A stretch of 63,221 nucleotides of DNA, filler included, from Rhabdomonas costata (GCA_019059605.1; 52 parts of 52 records of this genome joined end to end with filler, not necessarily neighbours in it), one strand, 5' to 3'; positions 50,353 through 63,221 are shown, counted from the whole stretch's first letter. Notes: generated by a model not told the origin, from the sequence alone. Numbers and translations are program-made.

Positions 50353-50527
50353 GTGAAATTGGGCTGGGGCACTGCAAGCGCCCACGAAGAGAACTCACCC
50401 TCGGCCGGGGAGAGGGTGATGTACCTCAGCAAGGGAATCTTCACGGTGGGCAGTGCGGGCATAGCCGTGGAGCGCGCGAAGTTTGACGTGGGAGGCATCG
50501 TCGGGGCGAGGGCGGATTTCGATAATG
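50353..50527 (+). CDS. SPRY domain exon
   Basis: VKLGWGT...MYLSKG...KFDVGGIVGARADFDNG matches the SPRY +GW...F..GD.+G...D...G pattern. Confidence 0.55.
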
Positions 50528-50801
50528 GTATTGTGCGCTCGATGTCCCGCTTACTTAACCTTTAATCCGCTTCACACTCCGCAGCCCGCAAAGTACTATA
50601 CATTGAAGACTTTTTCTTCCAATTCTCTGGGTTTTAACTCAAATTGGCATCGCTCCCCACTGAACTGTCATTTTTTCCTCCCTGTTAGACAGCAGCCCTT
50701 CCTTCACCCTGGCCGCAACCACACGCCCACTTCAGCCGTCGCTCCCCCCCCCTCCGCTCCTTTTGGCCCTTCAGCCGTCGCTTCAGGACAATTGTATTGG
50801 A

Positions 50802-51050
50802 GGGGGGGGCGTTAAACGTTGGCGGTCCAACTGCGTTAACAGGTGTCTCGCAATTTGACTTTGCTGTTTAACGGCTTTAAATGCCAAAATATTTTGTTGG
50901 CGAAAAAAGTCATTTTCCGAGCACAGGAATTTGGTTATTATGCCTGCACTCACTTTTTTTTGTGAAAGGGGGTTAGTTTTACTTTGCTACTGCCCTCTAG
51001 ATGTCGATTTTTACCGACCGTTTGACGGTAAGTTTAACGCCACCACCCCC
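50802..51050. mobile_element. ~250-bp MITE-like element with G-run/GGCGTTAAAC terminal inverted repeats
   Basis: GGGGGGGGCGTTAAAC (50802-50817) versus GTTTAACGCC (51032-51041), AT-rich interior. The right end merges with the primer tail. Confidence 0.4.
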
Positions 51051-53270
51051 NNNNNNNNNNNNNNNNNNNNNNNNNNNNNNNNNNNNNNNNNNNNTTAATT
51101 AATTAANNNNNNNNNNNNNNNNNNNNNNNNNNNNNNNNNNNNNNNNNNNNGTCAGCTCAGCAGAATAACCAGAGCTCGTCATTCCTCTCTTACCCTTCAA
51201 ACTTCTGCTGAATCAACGGCCGGGCTTAGCGGGATAGAACCAAACAACTGCATTTTATCAGTGGCTAATATACAACTGGGGGAAGTTCCTCCTTCCGGAA
51301 GTCTCTGCTGTTTACTGAAAAAAGCCAATTTTATTCTTAAAATGGGCAAAACTACAAGCAAAACGGGTATGGGGAGACGAAAATCCCCACACCATCGTGA
51401 AGCAAGATTTGTGATCACTTCACGTTACCGTGTGGTGTGGTCTGTCTTCATGGATTGTTGGTCCCACTTCTTCCTCCTCAGGGAGGACTGTAATTGCTAC
51501 TGGACAGTTAATGGTGGAAGGTTTCCATGTTCCGGCTTTACACCGTCTTCATATTCCAGCAAAATGGTGCCACTCCTCGCATAACTTGAGGGGTTCCATA
51601 CCCCCTTCACTGCCTATTCCCTCAGAAAAATATTTCAAAGGGGGGTGCGGTTTCTCTTATGGGGCCAATTGAAGGAGAACACAACGGCAGCTAAGGTCAC
51701 ACCTCACCGCTGCGCGCTGGGGTTAACCATAGCCATAGCCATAGCCCACATGGCCATCCGCTGCTGCCTCTACAGGCGCGGCTTTCGGCAAGTGTCTGCC
51801 TCGGTGCACGTTGGTGGGCTTCACTTTGTCCTCATACCGTACAATGGGAGACACTTGCCCCACAACCACGCCCTACCCCTTCCTTATCAGAATTGCACTA
51901 AGATTTATAACAAAACTAAATACTAAAACGTTGCCTGGGACAGCACCCGGTAGAATACCCGTCAATGCGTTCGACAAATCGCAGGGATGCTGCTTTTCCA
52001 TCGTCCTCGCCCTTGAGAATGGGATGCATGCTCACGGCAGATGAGGGGGGAAGTGCTAGCCGACGATGAGAAAAGGGTAAGAGGTCACGCGCAGAAACAA
52101 AGAAAAACGGGGGCACCACACTTGAGGAAGTGTCAATTTAATGCCTTTCAAAAGACTGTATCTAATTGCATGGTGCCGCTGCGGGGAATGCAATCGGAAT
52201 TCCTCATAAACACGTACAGGGGCAAATACAAAATAAACAACAAGGTATATAGATCTCTCCAACAACANNNNNNNNNNNNNNNNNNNNNNNNNNNNNNNNN
52301 NNNNNNNNNNNTTAATTAATTAANNNNNNNNNNNNNNNNNNNNNNNNNNNNNNNNNNNNNNNNNNNNAGGCCTGCGTACTGATAAGAGAAAGAACTGTAG
52401 GCTGGCGCTTCGTCCGCCCACCTGCACGCCGGTGTGCTAGCAACGATTTAAATAATCATATAAGGCAGCCCTTCGGAATCCGGGCGCAATGGATAGAAGT
52501 AGAGGGGTTAGGGCGCCATGCACGTGCGGGGGGGGGCTTCGTCGTAAACGTCAGCTTCAATACCTCATTTGCTCATTTGTCATCCTGGTTGTCATCTCCA
52601 TCACCACACGGTGGCGATCCACAGAAAACGCTTCGAAAAACTGTAAACTGATACTAATGGGAAAAAGGTAAGCAATCGCTCGAATTCCATCACAAGGAAC
52701 AAAAGGCTACTTCTAAAAGCCACCCGTCAGCTGCACTTGAGCAAATCGGCATTCACCAAAAACCGAAATAAATACCCGATGTAATGCAGGACCAGATGTC
52801 CGCTTCTCGTTCACATTTCTTCATTTGCCTTAACTCGGTTGACATGCACAAACATACATCAGGCATTACAATTGGCGATCACGTCACTACCTTCCCAGAA
52901 AGTGATGCACGTTCTTGCTCCTTTATCTGCTGGTAATTTGGAAGAAGGGCGAGTTTCGGGGACAACCTGTAGAACTAGGCTTAAGAAGATCCACCAGTTT
53001 GTAACTGATCAAAAGCAAAAGTCCTCGCGATCGCGGTGTTCGCCCTCCAGTTGTGTTGGGGGTTGAGCGGTAAAGTCTTTTGTTTTCAAGCGGCCTACAG
53101 TGCTGTGGAGATATATTTATCAAGCATTCTCCGACAGTTTCCGTTCGACCCTCACGGATCCGTACGCGACACCCAAGAGTCGTGCAGTTAGGGCAAAATT
53201 TGAGAAACAATTTGGGGGTGTCCCCAGATAGGTTCCACCAGACCGACCGTCGGGGCCGTACGCACCAGAT

Positions 53271-53484
53271 GGGTGGGGGGGCGGCGTTAGACATCTAACG
53301 CCCGTCTAACACCGTTAGACGCCTAACGGTGTTAGACATCGAACATCCGTGTAACCCACGCCCCTTCTGTTGGAATCCTAGGGGACACATGTGTCGCCTT
53401 CCTAACCCCCTGCAAAGCTTCTGTTGGAATCCCAAGGGACACGTGTGTCGCCTTCCAAACCCCCTGCAAAGCTTCTATTGGAAT
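53271..53484. mobile_element. Second (truncated) copy of the GTTAGAC-array element with a 54-bp tandem repeat
   Basis: 53286-53310 is 24/25 identical to 23646-23670; units start at 53364, 53418 and 53472. Confidence 0.7.
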
Positions 53485-55056
53485 NNNNNNNNNNNNNNNN
53501 NNNNNNNNNNNNNNNNNNNNNNNNNNNNTTAATTAATTAANNNNNNNNNNNNNNNNNNNNNNNNNNNNNNNNNNNNNNNNNNNNTGTGTGTGTGCCAGGA
53601 GCCGAGGGATAGCGAGCTAGAGAAGGGAAGGGTTTCTGTTTTCTGTCTGTCCTGACCAGAACATACATGAGTGACAGAGTGAGAGAGCATGAGAGCCACG
53701 GGAAACAGCCAGGCACACACACACACACACTGGAGCGGAGCACTCTGAATCATGGCTCGTGTAGCAGGTAGCAGCGCATGTCGCGTGAGGGCAGTGAAAG
53801 TGGCGGGCTGACGGCAGCACACCTGTACCAGGAAACCGAAGTGAGGCCGGGGATCGAGGTGGATATTTTATCGTTCACATCTTACCCCTATCATATATGA
53901 AACCGTTTTCTTCAATCAGTGAAACTTTCGAACAGACACCCCGTGAAAAAACATAGCAATCTCAGCCAGCAGCTGCTGCCCCCTATGAACATCCTATAAT
54001 TATTCTGTGATCATCTGATTGCACTCCAGAAAACTTCTTTAGTCGGTTGGCGTCATTTCGCTGGCATTTTTGGCGTTTTTAATCAGGGCGGTTGCAGGGT
54101 GACAGGCGAGGCAGAGTGGTCTGGTGCATTGAGGGGTTAAACTGTACTTTGTTGGTTTTGCGTTGTTATACCAAATGACCCTCAAGACTGGTTTCCCACT
54201 TTTGGAATATGACATCAACGTGGCGTCGCTTAAGGGTTGAGCGCACCCTTTCTTCCAGAGCATTATTACACACTACACGAACATTTCTTCGTGCTGCAGG
54301 AGGAGACGGGCGAAGATCCCTCCGGTGTCCGGGGGGTGGGCCGCCCCTGTGGTGCCTGCCCCGCTCTCTCCGGTGCGGGCTCCCTCCTCTCCCCACGACA
54401 GCGAGGACGGGCAGGAAGAGGGCAAGGGCTTCCCCGAGAGCTCAGGCGGAGTGGCCACCGCCACCCCCGTGGCGGAGGTGCCACGGCCATTTCCGCGGGG
54501 CATGCGTGAGGTGGGCATCGGCGTGCCAGCTGAGTTCACAGGTCGGGGCTTCGTCTATATTTCTTTTTAAAAGAGCTAATAGAGTGAACAACGAAAGCTA
54601 ACTTTAGCCATCATCATATTCCCAGTTTCATACCACTGCCCCCTCACTCTAATGAGTGTGATCCATTGCTCCGTTTGCTGTTTCTCGTGTCACACCAAAC
54701 CNNNNNNNNNNNNNNNNNNNNNNNNNNNNNNNNNNNNNNNNNNNNTTAATTAATTAANNNNNNNNNNNNNNNNNNNNNNNNNNNNNNNNNNNNNNNNNNN
54801 NGTGTTGGGTGTGGTTGGGGTTTGTTGGGGGCATCCTCGTGAGACCATTGACACCATCGCAGATTGTAGATGGTAGTGGGCGTTGCCGCAGTCTCTTCAC
54901 AGGCGATACAGCTGGTTTCCAATTTCCGTTCGGGTCTGCGAAACTTATTTCGACGTGACATCCGCAGGAGTCCGACCGCATCACTGTTTCTTATATGCGT
55001 ATCTGTCAGTCAAAGGCTCTGTGGGCTCCACATAAAAGTGCTGGCAGCAGGCTGAC

Positions 55057-55891
55057 CTCCGCGCGAAGCTCCGCGGCGGTGAGTCGCTTGTGTATCCGAA
55101 ACTTCGGTGAGTTGACGTCGCGGAAGAGCACCAGCTGCCCGAAGTTCTTCAGGAAGTCCTGGCCACCCCACACCCTCACACATAAACTCAATACGTCAAA
55201 TGAAAGACCAGGCAAGCTGAAAGCACCACACTTGGCGCGATGCAAGTGAGCCCAACCCCAATGTAATACTATGAACGCACCTTCTACGTCTAAAGCCTAA
55301 AAAACCCCTCAATAACCCTGCAAGGCCTTTCGACGCCATAACTTGAACTCCTCGCCTTGGGGTATGCTGAGCACAGCACCTGAACGGGGGCCTACCCACA
55401 TCGCTGCTACAGATACATAGCGACCCATCCATTCTGAGAGGGAAAGTAGGGGATGAGTGAAAAGAGAGGTACAGCACCTCCCAGTCCATCCAGAAATCCG
55501 CTCCGGTGCCCCCCACGCTGCCCGGGGGAATGCTGCACACGTGCAAAGGACACAGCAGCAAGCCCCTGGAAGGAAGTTGGTGTTATTTTCGCTTTCCTTT
55601 GCATAACGCAGAGCGAGAGAGAACAAACCAAGGAGAAAACTTTTATAGCCATAAAACCATTATAATCATTAACCATAATAATTATAATATAATAATAATG
55701 CACCCATACAGTTTCTCTTTGCGCCCTTCACCCAATCGGAAATACTCGTATAAGATATGTAATGCCAGTCTTTCTGTACACATCACAAACATATCCACGA
55801 ACACACTCACACAAAAACCGTTGCTCCTTCTTGAAGCCAATCACATTCTCTACCTCCTCGGTCCATGTGGAGGTGTCGTATCCAAATGGCC
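55057..55891 (-). CDS. Calpain-like cysteine peptidase, end of catalytic domain; three exons (55891-55819, ~55517-55478, 55158-55057)
   Basis: GPFGYDTSTWTEEVENVIGF...ADFWMDWE|DFLKNFGQLVLF matches G.WSD.S..WT...G.FWM.W.DF...F. The catalytic triad is not visible. Confidence 0.65.
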
Positions 55892-56339
55892 CTGAGAGGA
55901 AAGGGACTGAGAAAGACGNNNNNNNNNNNNNNNNNNNNNNNNNNNNNNNNNNNNNNNNNNNNTTAATTAATTAANNNNNNNNNNNNNNNNNNNNNNNNNN
56001 NNNNNNNNNNNNNNNNNNTGTTGGTGGGGAATTGTGGGGACAAGGAAAACGGTGAGGAGGATGCGGATAGTAGTCAAGAGACGTTTGTGTTTGGCGTTGA
56101 GTATGGACGTAAAGAGTGAGAAGGGTCACATGAAAAGCCAACCTCAACCCCACATTTGCAAAGAACCCTTCGGGGAGCGTCCAAAGCAGGCGGCACCTTT
56201 GGTGATGACCCAGCCAAACTCGGCCGGGTTCGAAATTCCACCTGTGGCGCATGAGGTCTGTCAGCTGCTCAGCTCAGAGTTCACCTCCTTTACTCCCTCA
56301 CTTGCACACGCACACACACACACACACTCGCTCTCTCAG

Positions 56340-57067
56340 GTGATCCCTCCCCTGCTGACCCTTCTGGGGGGCTCCCTGTGCGGCCCGCGCACGGGCGCCA
56401 CGGCGGCCTCAGTCTCTGCCCTCCCAGTGGACGGCTCTTCGATGGAGGTGCCCTTCCAGGGCGCCAACCTATCCACAGCGCAGCTCCGCTCCGAGCTCCT
56501 GCGAGCACTGGCGCTGCCCTCCTCTGTTGCAGCCGCTGAGGAGGAGGACGCCGAGGCCCAAGGAGACGAGGGCCCGGGGGCACCCCCAGCTCAGCGACAG
56601 GCTTGATCTTTTCCCACCCCTCTAAACATGTGTAAACCTCCGTCTGTAACTTTTTCTGTTGCTTTATTGCTTTGCTCATTTTTCTACTCCGTTCCCTTCT
56701 TTCGCTTCGCTGCTCGAGATTTTGCAAATCAGAGAACTTTCCTTCTTGAGCTGCACTTAAAATATGGCTCCTGTCACGGTTTGATTATTTTTGCCATATG
56801 GGGCTCGCGGAGCGAATTGAGTTCATTGTTGCACTCTCCGGGGCTGACACAGCGAAGTATATGAATGGATGGTTCGGGTGTTAGGTTGGGGTGTTGCTCT
56901 CCGCTGTGGCCCTGCGAGGGCCGTTGGGGGTGGAGCTCGCCTGCTGTGTGCTGGACAGCCTGTTGCGGCAGGGCCTCTCCGACCCTGTCCCGGAGGGCGT
57001 GTGCGCCGCGCTGGAGCTGCTGTGCTGCATGCTTGGCAAGCTGGGCAGAAGCCTCTCTCCCGCTGAG
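56340..57067 (+). CDS. Two exons of an Ala/Leu-rich, possibly HEAT-repeat protein (56340-56600, 56885-57067)
   Basis: GC-rich coding-like blocks; LRQGLSDPVPEGVCAALELL is HEAT-like; the join needs a GC-AG intron. Confidence 0.4.
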
Positions 57068-57342
57068 GTCCTGCGCTTTGCATTTTAGGGGCTCGTATTT
57101 TTTTTTGCCCATTGCTCGCCTCTTGCACCAAACCCNNNNNNNNNNNNNNNNNNNNNNNNNNNNNNNNNNNNNNNNNNNNTTAATTAATTAANNNNNNNNN
57201 NNNNNNNNNNNNNNNNNNNNNNNNNNNNNNNNNNNGTGTGGGGGGTGCCGGCCACTTGCCCTCACCAAGCCGGTTTGAAATCTGGAAACATTCCGGGGCA
57301 CAGCTTCTGCAAATGACGTGGGGGGGTGGGATGCACGTGTGG

Positions 57343-58231
57343 CTCTGGGTGTGAATGCTCTGGACACATGTGGGGTCGAATTGTCTGGCATTAGGGCTCC
57401 AACATTCTGGGCTGTGGAGGTGTTCCTCTGTGCGGGTCTCACCGCTTATGCATTTCCACGATCTCCCAACCAAAGCGAAGGATGTGGAATGGGCACACGA
57501 CTGCAGACACCATGTGTAACTCTGCCGCGTTACCACACAACACGCTCTGCAAACCCACCGCTCTCTGTACCTCTGCAGGGCCCTCCTGTACTGAGGCTCT
57601 GCTGTGGTTCTTTTATGGCACCTCTGTAACAAAAAAAGGCAAAAAGCAACGAGAAAAACACTCTGGAAATCAAACGATATGACTACGTTTGGATTTCTTC
57701 AACACCTAGCGTAAATTTTGAAATCACAGACAAAGAAGGGACCCTCACCTTTCAAACCGCCGCTGAGTAACACACCACACTGTCCGTGTTCTCCGCCTGC
57801 ATCCGGTGAGGCCTTGCCTGTGAAACTCCTGTAGATTGGTCTTCAGAAACGCGTTCAGACCTGCCCAGTAACGCTTCTCTGCAGGGAGCTTAAGGGGTCT
57901 GGGGCATCTCCACAACTCTGGAAGCACAGTAGCTCTGCAGTCAGTCACAACCCACAAACGCTCTGGAAACCCACCCTCCAGACGCACACACACAAAGCTC
58001 TGAAAGTATGGATGAAACTCTGGAAGGGTAGATCCAACAACACTGGACTCTGAATGCAGGAACTCTGGAACAAGTAGCTAACTAAATACTACAGCAGTTG
58101 GGAAAAACCACAACCATCTAGAGAAACTCTGGAGCTGGAACACAAGGGGGAGAGGTTCCCCTCCCTCCTCACTTTCCACCACCTTCCAACCAAGACCTGA
58201 ATCTGGAGTCTGGAAATGGTACTCCGCTCTG
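57343..58231 (+). repeat. Dispersed strand-biased CTCTG(GA) motif array
   Basis: About 20 CTCTG counted on + and no CAGAG found in this contig. Confidence 0.75.
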
Positions 58232-59235
58232 GAAATTTTGCCTTGCACTTGAAAAGAGGAAACAAAGAATGCAACACAAAGACAAAGAAGAAACGTTCAT
58301 GGATCGTCCTACCTAAACTATTTCACACCGTCTACCATTGTGGAAAACACACANNNNNNNNNNNNNNNNNNNNNNNNNNNNNNNNNNNNNNNNNNNNTTA
58401 ATTAATTAANNNNNNNNNNNNNNNNNNNNNNNNNNNNNNNNNNNNNNNNNNNNGTGGGGTGGGGGGGTCGGAAAGGATGGTGACAATGCGAATGGTACCA
58501 TGGCGTCGACTTGGGCACTCTTCCGATCAGAATTGCGGTCAGGAGCTCGAGAAATTCCATTAACCTCGCTGGGAGGCCGGACACTCGCCGAGGAAGACTC
58601 AACAAAGGTGTCCTTGTCGCAATAGAACAGCAGTACCGTTTTAAATCGGCCTTTGCAACACAGACATTCTCAAAAATATCGAAAACCACCTCGAATACGA
58701 GGCCACACATTGAAAATGACGAACTATGCTCAACTTAGAACGTAGATAGTCGTTTGCACACGTAAGAAAGAAAACACACACTCGAATTCCCCCGCGGTGA
58801 CACAAAAGTCCATTCCAGCCGCATCTATCATCATCAAAGGGCAGGAAACCTCTGAGGCTCCTAGCCTTATATAGCCGTTATATACCTCCTGAGGCTAGCT
58901 CGTTATATTGTACATCTTCTACCCCTCATCCCATTGCTAAGTGAAAAGCGGAACTGCTCTCCGGTTTCATAATGTTGGTGGCGTTACTATCGCAAAATCT
59001 CTGACCGCAAGCCAGCTCAAGAGGACTGAATATGCGACGCCAATTGTCAGGTGTCTGATGCAACCGCGAAAAGTATGAAGCGCCAGAAAACAGAAATCTG
59101 CTCCGCGCTCAGCTCCTGCGGCCAGTCCCAGAACCCAGTCGCAAAAGGAAGCCCGAACAAGGCAGGTGCTATAGAGAGTTGAACCCGGAACCTTCACAGA
59201 GGAACGGAGGGCGGGGCGAGCGGGGAGCGGGATAC

Positions 59236-59471
59236 CCAGCCGGTCCTCCTTGCAGAGATTGAGCAGCAGCGGGTCGCTGAGCCGCAGCTGCTGGATGCAA
59301 GCCGCGCTTTTCACGGCGCTCAGCACCCACATCGCGGACTCTACCACAAGGGACCGGCTGCCGCGCAGCCCCAGATGGGGCCCAGAGAAGCTCACGAAGG
59401 TGTGTGGCACTCCCAAAAGGGGCTCCAGCAGCGGGGACAGCAGCGCGCACCGCACCACTACCGCCCCCATG
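59236..59471 (-). CDS. DUF676/FAM135-like putative serine esterase exon
   Basis: (S)MGAVVVRCAL...HTFVSFSGPHLG...SAMWVLSAVKSAACIQQLRLSD matches the FAM135 GHSxG...HTFLSLSGPHLG...QL..D region. Confidence 0.85.
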
Positions 59472-62400
59472 CTGCACATCCCACACCGCAACCGCAACCG
59501 CAACCGCAACCGCAACCAAGCACCCCCAACTCCCCATTTTTCATTCCCTACACACATCCAACTCCTAACTNNNNNNNNNNNNNNNNNNNNNNNNNNNNNN
59601 NNNNNNNNNNNNNNTTAATTAATTAANNNNNNNNNNNNNNNNNNNNNNNNNNNNNNNNNNNNNNNNNNNNGTTGTTGTGCCACGGGATGTCTATGAATGC
59701 GCCTTTGTCTTGTGCGTCCGCAAAAAGAAGGCTCCGAATTATAGTAATCGGGAAAATTAACAATGGAACCACCTTCGTCGCTGGGAAAACTCATAGGCGC
59801 ATTAGAATCGTGGTTACCGAGAGCCTTTTTTCTGTGCAACCAAGAGAGAGAGAGAGAGAGAGAGAGGGCTAACCCGAAGCAGCCCTGGGTTCTTTTGTAC
59901 ATTCAGCAGACCTCCGGAAACACTGAGTGGCCGGTCCTTGGGGTCAGAATTTTCTGACCTAAAGTCTTTTGCGCTCACCCAGAGCGGAAGTCCCACCAGT
60001 CAACTCACGTACACTCATGAAGAAAAATGCACACACACACACAAAAAAAAAAGGAAAGACCTTGCGCAAGGGCAGCTTAATTTCAGAGTTATTCACGACT
60101 CTTGATGCTGCTTGCACAAGAAGTGAGAACAAAAAAAACTTAGCTCGCCCGCACATATGGAAAACATCGATGTCCACTATTTTTTGCTCCATCCAAGAAC
60201 CCCTTGTGAGTCCAAATGGTGGCACGGGCAACATAAACACGGCCCCTACCTTCCACACAAGCTGGGATAGGCTCAGGGGTTGCGCCAGGGCCAGCCTGGC
60301 GGCCTCCATCGCACAGCCGATGCTTCGACGCAGCAGGTGCCGAAGCTCCCGGAACTGCCCCCGTAGCGCCCCGATGGCCATCTCAGAGATTCCTCGGCCT
60401 CTCGAGCAGCCTCCAAGCACAACGTCCCCACTACCGCTGCTCCAGCCAGTGCCACCATCACTGCCATCGCTGCCGCTGGGGTTCTGGGCAGTACTCCCCA
60501 TCGAAGACAGAGTCTCGTGCAGCCGCTGCACCGCCGCCGCGAGCTCGGGCCGCGACGGGGGAGGAGGAGAGGAGCCCCAGCTCACCCCGTCATCCTCCTC
60601 GCCGCACACGGCACTCTGAACTCTGTACGAAGGGAAATGGGTATAACAAGAAGAGCTCGCCGAGAAACAGCAAGAAGTAAGCAACAGAAGCCCTTCTGAG
60701 TGCAGTGAGCCGTTGTAGTGTGAACAGGACAGTATTTTCCTGTGAAGGCCAGCACCGCGAAGCCAAACCCCCCCCAAACACACCCCANNNNNNNNNNNNN
60801 NNNNNNNNNNNNNNNNNNNNNNNNNNNNNNNTTAATTAATTAANNNNNNNNNNNNNNNNNNNNNNNNNNNNNNNNNNNNNNNNNNNNTGGGTTTTGTTTG
60901 GGTTGTGTTTGGGTTGTGTGGTATGTCGAATAATGAATGCCAACCCATGACATGCAGAGTTAAAACAAGTGTGGGTATATATGGGCCATCGCTGGCGTCC
61001 GCCTACAGGGGTATATCATATGGCGGGGTGGTAATTCGGAAAAGACGTTTACGTGGGTTCAACGGCGAATCACGTTCCCTTGATTTCTCTGGACACGCGT
61101 GGGTCGAAGAGAAGGGGCAGGAAATTGGTTCCGGAGTTGACAGACTCGTCTGCGGTTCAATATAACACTTAATATTTGTGTGCGTGACAGAGGTAACATA
61201 AATTGGACACGCTTAAAACCCACAGGAGCCAGAATCAATATTATACGATTGAACAGGATGATGAATAACCACTCAACCTCCAGCGCTCTTAGAATGAACT
61301 CCCGTCACACGTCAGAATCAGAAGAGGCAAGTCCAAGCAAGTGTCCTGCAGACCTGAAAAGAAGGAATAAGCGTCCGAAGAGCGGACACCTTCATTGCAG
61401 AGGAAATACTCAAGCCATAAGTTGTGACAATAACGCTGCAGAGGAAAGACAAGCTGAGATGCAGTACTCTGTTCAGTATTGCGCACTGCAAGAAAAAAAA
61501 AGGCAGAGAAAACATGCAAAAAAACCAATCCAATCGAAGACTGCTCGGGCAAAGGCATATTCGATGAACAAACTGGCTACCGCAAATACCCAGCTTAATT
61601 TACCCAAAGTCGAGGCCTGATTTGCGGTATCTAGCCATTGAGCTGCTACCACCCCAGCGCAGAAGCTCTGGGAGGTAGCATCGGCAGCACCTCAGCTGGA
61701 AAATCACACCAAAAAACTCCCGTCCGCAACCAAGTCATGCTGGCTGCATTCCGACATCCATGATCATATCCATGCAATCCTGTATTCCCCAAATGGTGTG
61801 TTGGGGCAGTTCAAAACAACAGTACACCCACAATGCAAGTCTCAGTTGGCACCGTCCGGGATCCACTTTGCCTCAAAGGCGTGGCAGAGTCTTGCGCACA
61901 CTGAGGCGGCCGAAAGCCCCGTGGAGGAAAAGGAGACAGTCTCATCCACATAGTCCACATTGATGGCCCCGCGGCTCATGCCGCCAACGACGAAAACAAC
62001 AAACNNNNNNNNNNNNNNNNNNNNNNNNNNNNNNNNNNNNNNNNNNNNTTAATTAATTAANNNNNNNNNNNNNNNNNNNNNNNNNNNNNNNNNNNNNNNN
62101 NNNNTGTGTTGGGGGGGTTTGGGGTGTGGGGGTCGGCATCACACCAATGTCGCTGAGGAAGACAAAACCAGCCCCCCAAAACCTGCCTGTTTCACCCAAA
62201 CAGAGAGGCAGGGCGTCATTTCGTAAAGAATAAAAAACGCCAGAACGTACACCTGGTCGCACGATCCCATCGCGCCGCGGCAAGTCGTCCCCAGAGATGC
62301 CTGCGTGGAAATGCGAAATTGGAGCAGGAGTTCCTGAGCAATCTATACCATGTTTGGCATTACAAAACTAAATTCAGGCTCAGCAAGCCACCAGTCATGA

Positions 62401-62474
62401 ACACGCTGTGACACAACACACAGGCAGAAGCGACGAAAGGGAAGAGAAGGGAAGCGAAGCGAAGGGCGACGAAC

Positions 62475-63169
62475 CACAGAATTGGCTGGGCAGGAGGCGG
62501 AGTTCCCGTCGCACAGCTCAGCCCTGTCGCAAGGGCCGGAGACATTTCGGCACATCGTGCCTTGCGGTGCCCGCACGTCCGTGGGGCACAGTGGGCTGCT
62601 TCCGCTGCAGACCTCGCTAACGTCGCATGCTCCAGCCGCAACTGAAGCAGCAAACCCAGCCGCAAAACCTCAATCCGCAAAGGAAGCTTTCGGTGTTGTT
62701 CGTTCCATTGTTCCAATTGAAGATACTCAGCGTTTTGACCGCTCCCAGATAAAAAGGAGGGATGCACAGGGGGCTAGTTTTCCTCATAGGTCAAAAGCGC
62801 GTCCCCAAAATGCCAATGCATGGCAATGCTTTGGCCAGCAGCCTTGCGGTGATCAACCAATCTCTACTTGTTACGTATGCAAGTACAGCCGCTGGCGGTA
62901 TCACAAGCATCTTGGTTTTGACGGGAGCTGCTTGCCAAGGGGTCACGGGCAAGGACAGGGAAGGCAGAGGCACACCTCGGCATACAGAGCCAGCGCCCAC
63001 AAGGGCGTCTGCGGGGCACTGCGGACTCATCCCGGTGCACACCTCGGCGGTGTCGCAGTCGCCCGCGCTGGCGCGGCACACCGCCCCACTGCCCACAAGA
63101 GCGTCGGATGGGCACGCCGCGGACACGCCGGTGCAGGTCTCCGGAAGGTCGCACGATCCGGAGGAATTC
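62475..63169 (-). CDS. Second tandem disintegrin-like repeat fragment; exons 63169-62976 and 62641-62475
   Basis: Four units, e.g. CRASAGDCDTAEVCTGMSPQCPAD and CRNVSGPCDRAELCDGNSASCPAN; phase-1 GT-AG intron. Confidence 0.85.
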
Positions 63170-63221
63170 CTGACCAAAAAAGCATGCATCCTCCCCAACC
63201 ACCCACCCAACACACCCAACA

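Larger units (their letters stand above)
1119..62104. other. 51 artificial 100-nt contig spacers (N44-TTAATTAATTAA-N44) separating 52 contigs of ~1,117 bp
   Basis: Identical spacer recurs every ~1,218 nt (first 1119-1218, last 62005-62104). The 12-mer gives stops in all frames, and contig lengths are near-identical, as in a length-sorted concatenation. Confidence 0.98.

Noticed and set aside
59959..60783. Long ORF-track ORFs (e.g. 274 aa here, 273 aa at 45335-46156) as full proteins
   Set aside because: They are exon-plus-intron read-throughs or antisense shadows of GC-rich exons.

Overview
This is not one locus. It is a concatenation of 52 unlinked contigs of about 1,117 bp, joined by 51 artificial 100-nt spacers (N44-TTAATTAATTAA-N44, stop codons in all six frames). 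Most contig ends carry G/T-only (5') or C/A-only (3') tails, and several carry terminal fold-backs, which indicates a primer-based whole-genome-amplified, probably single-cell, low-coverage assembly. The DNA is from an intron-rich eukaryote, so most ORF-track entries are spurious or read through introns. By splicing exons by hand I recognise fragments of RPS3, PDK1, DRC7, CutC, a PP1 inhibitor-2, an SPFH/HIR protein, an insulysin-family peptidase, a calpain, a DUF676/FAM135 esterase, a DUF1152 protein, an RPAP1-like protein, histidine-kinase and receiver domains, two HAMP receptor genes (one with an adenylate cyclase), and ankyrin, SPRY, TSP1, Ig-like and tandem disintegrin-like proteins. DRC7, TTAGGG repeats and AG acceptors just upstream of start codons suggest a flagellated protist, possibly a euglenozoan (inference only). 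The most interesting signals are: a DUF1152 intron whose homology-collinear junction is non-canonical and whose ends base-pair; a 350-bp cluster of strand-specific GNA-triloop/tandem-GA hairpins; a GTNYG 5' splice-site consensus; a MITE-like repeat family carrying a 54-bp minisatellite; and tandem half-disintegrin repeat proteins. All protein calls come from remembered family motifs, not database searches, and no linkage between contigs can be inferred.
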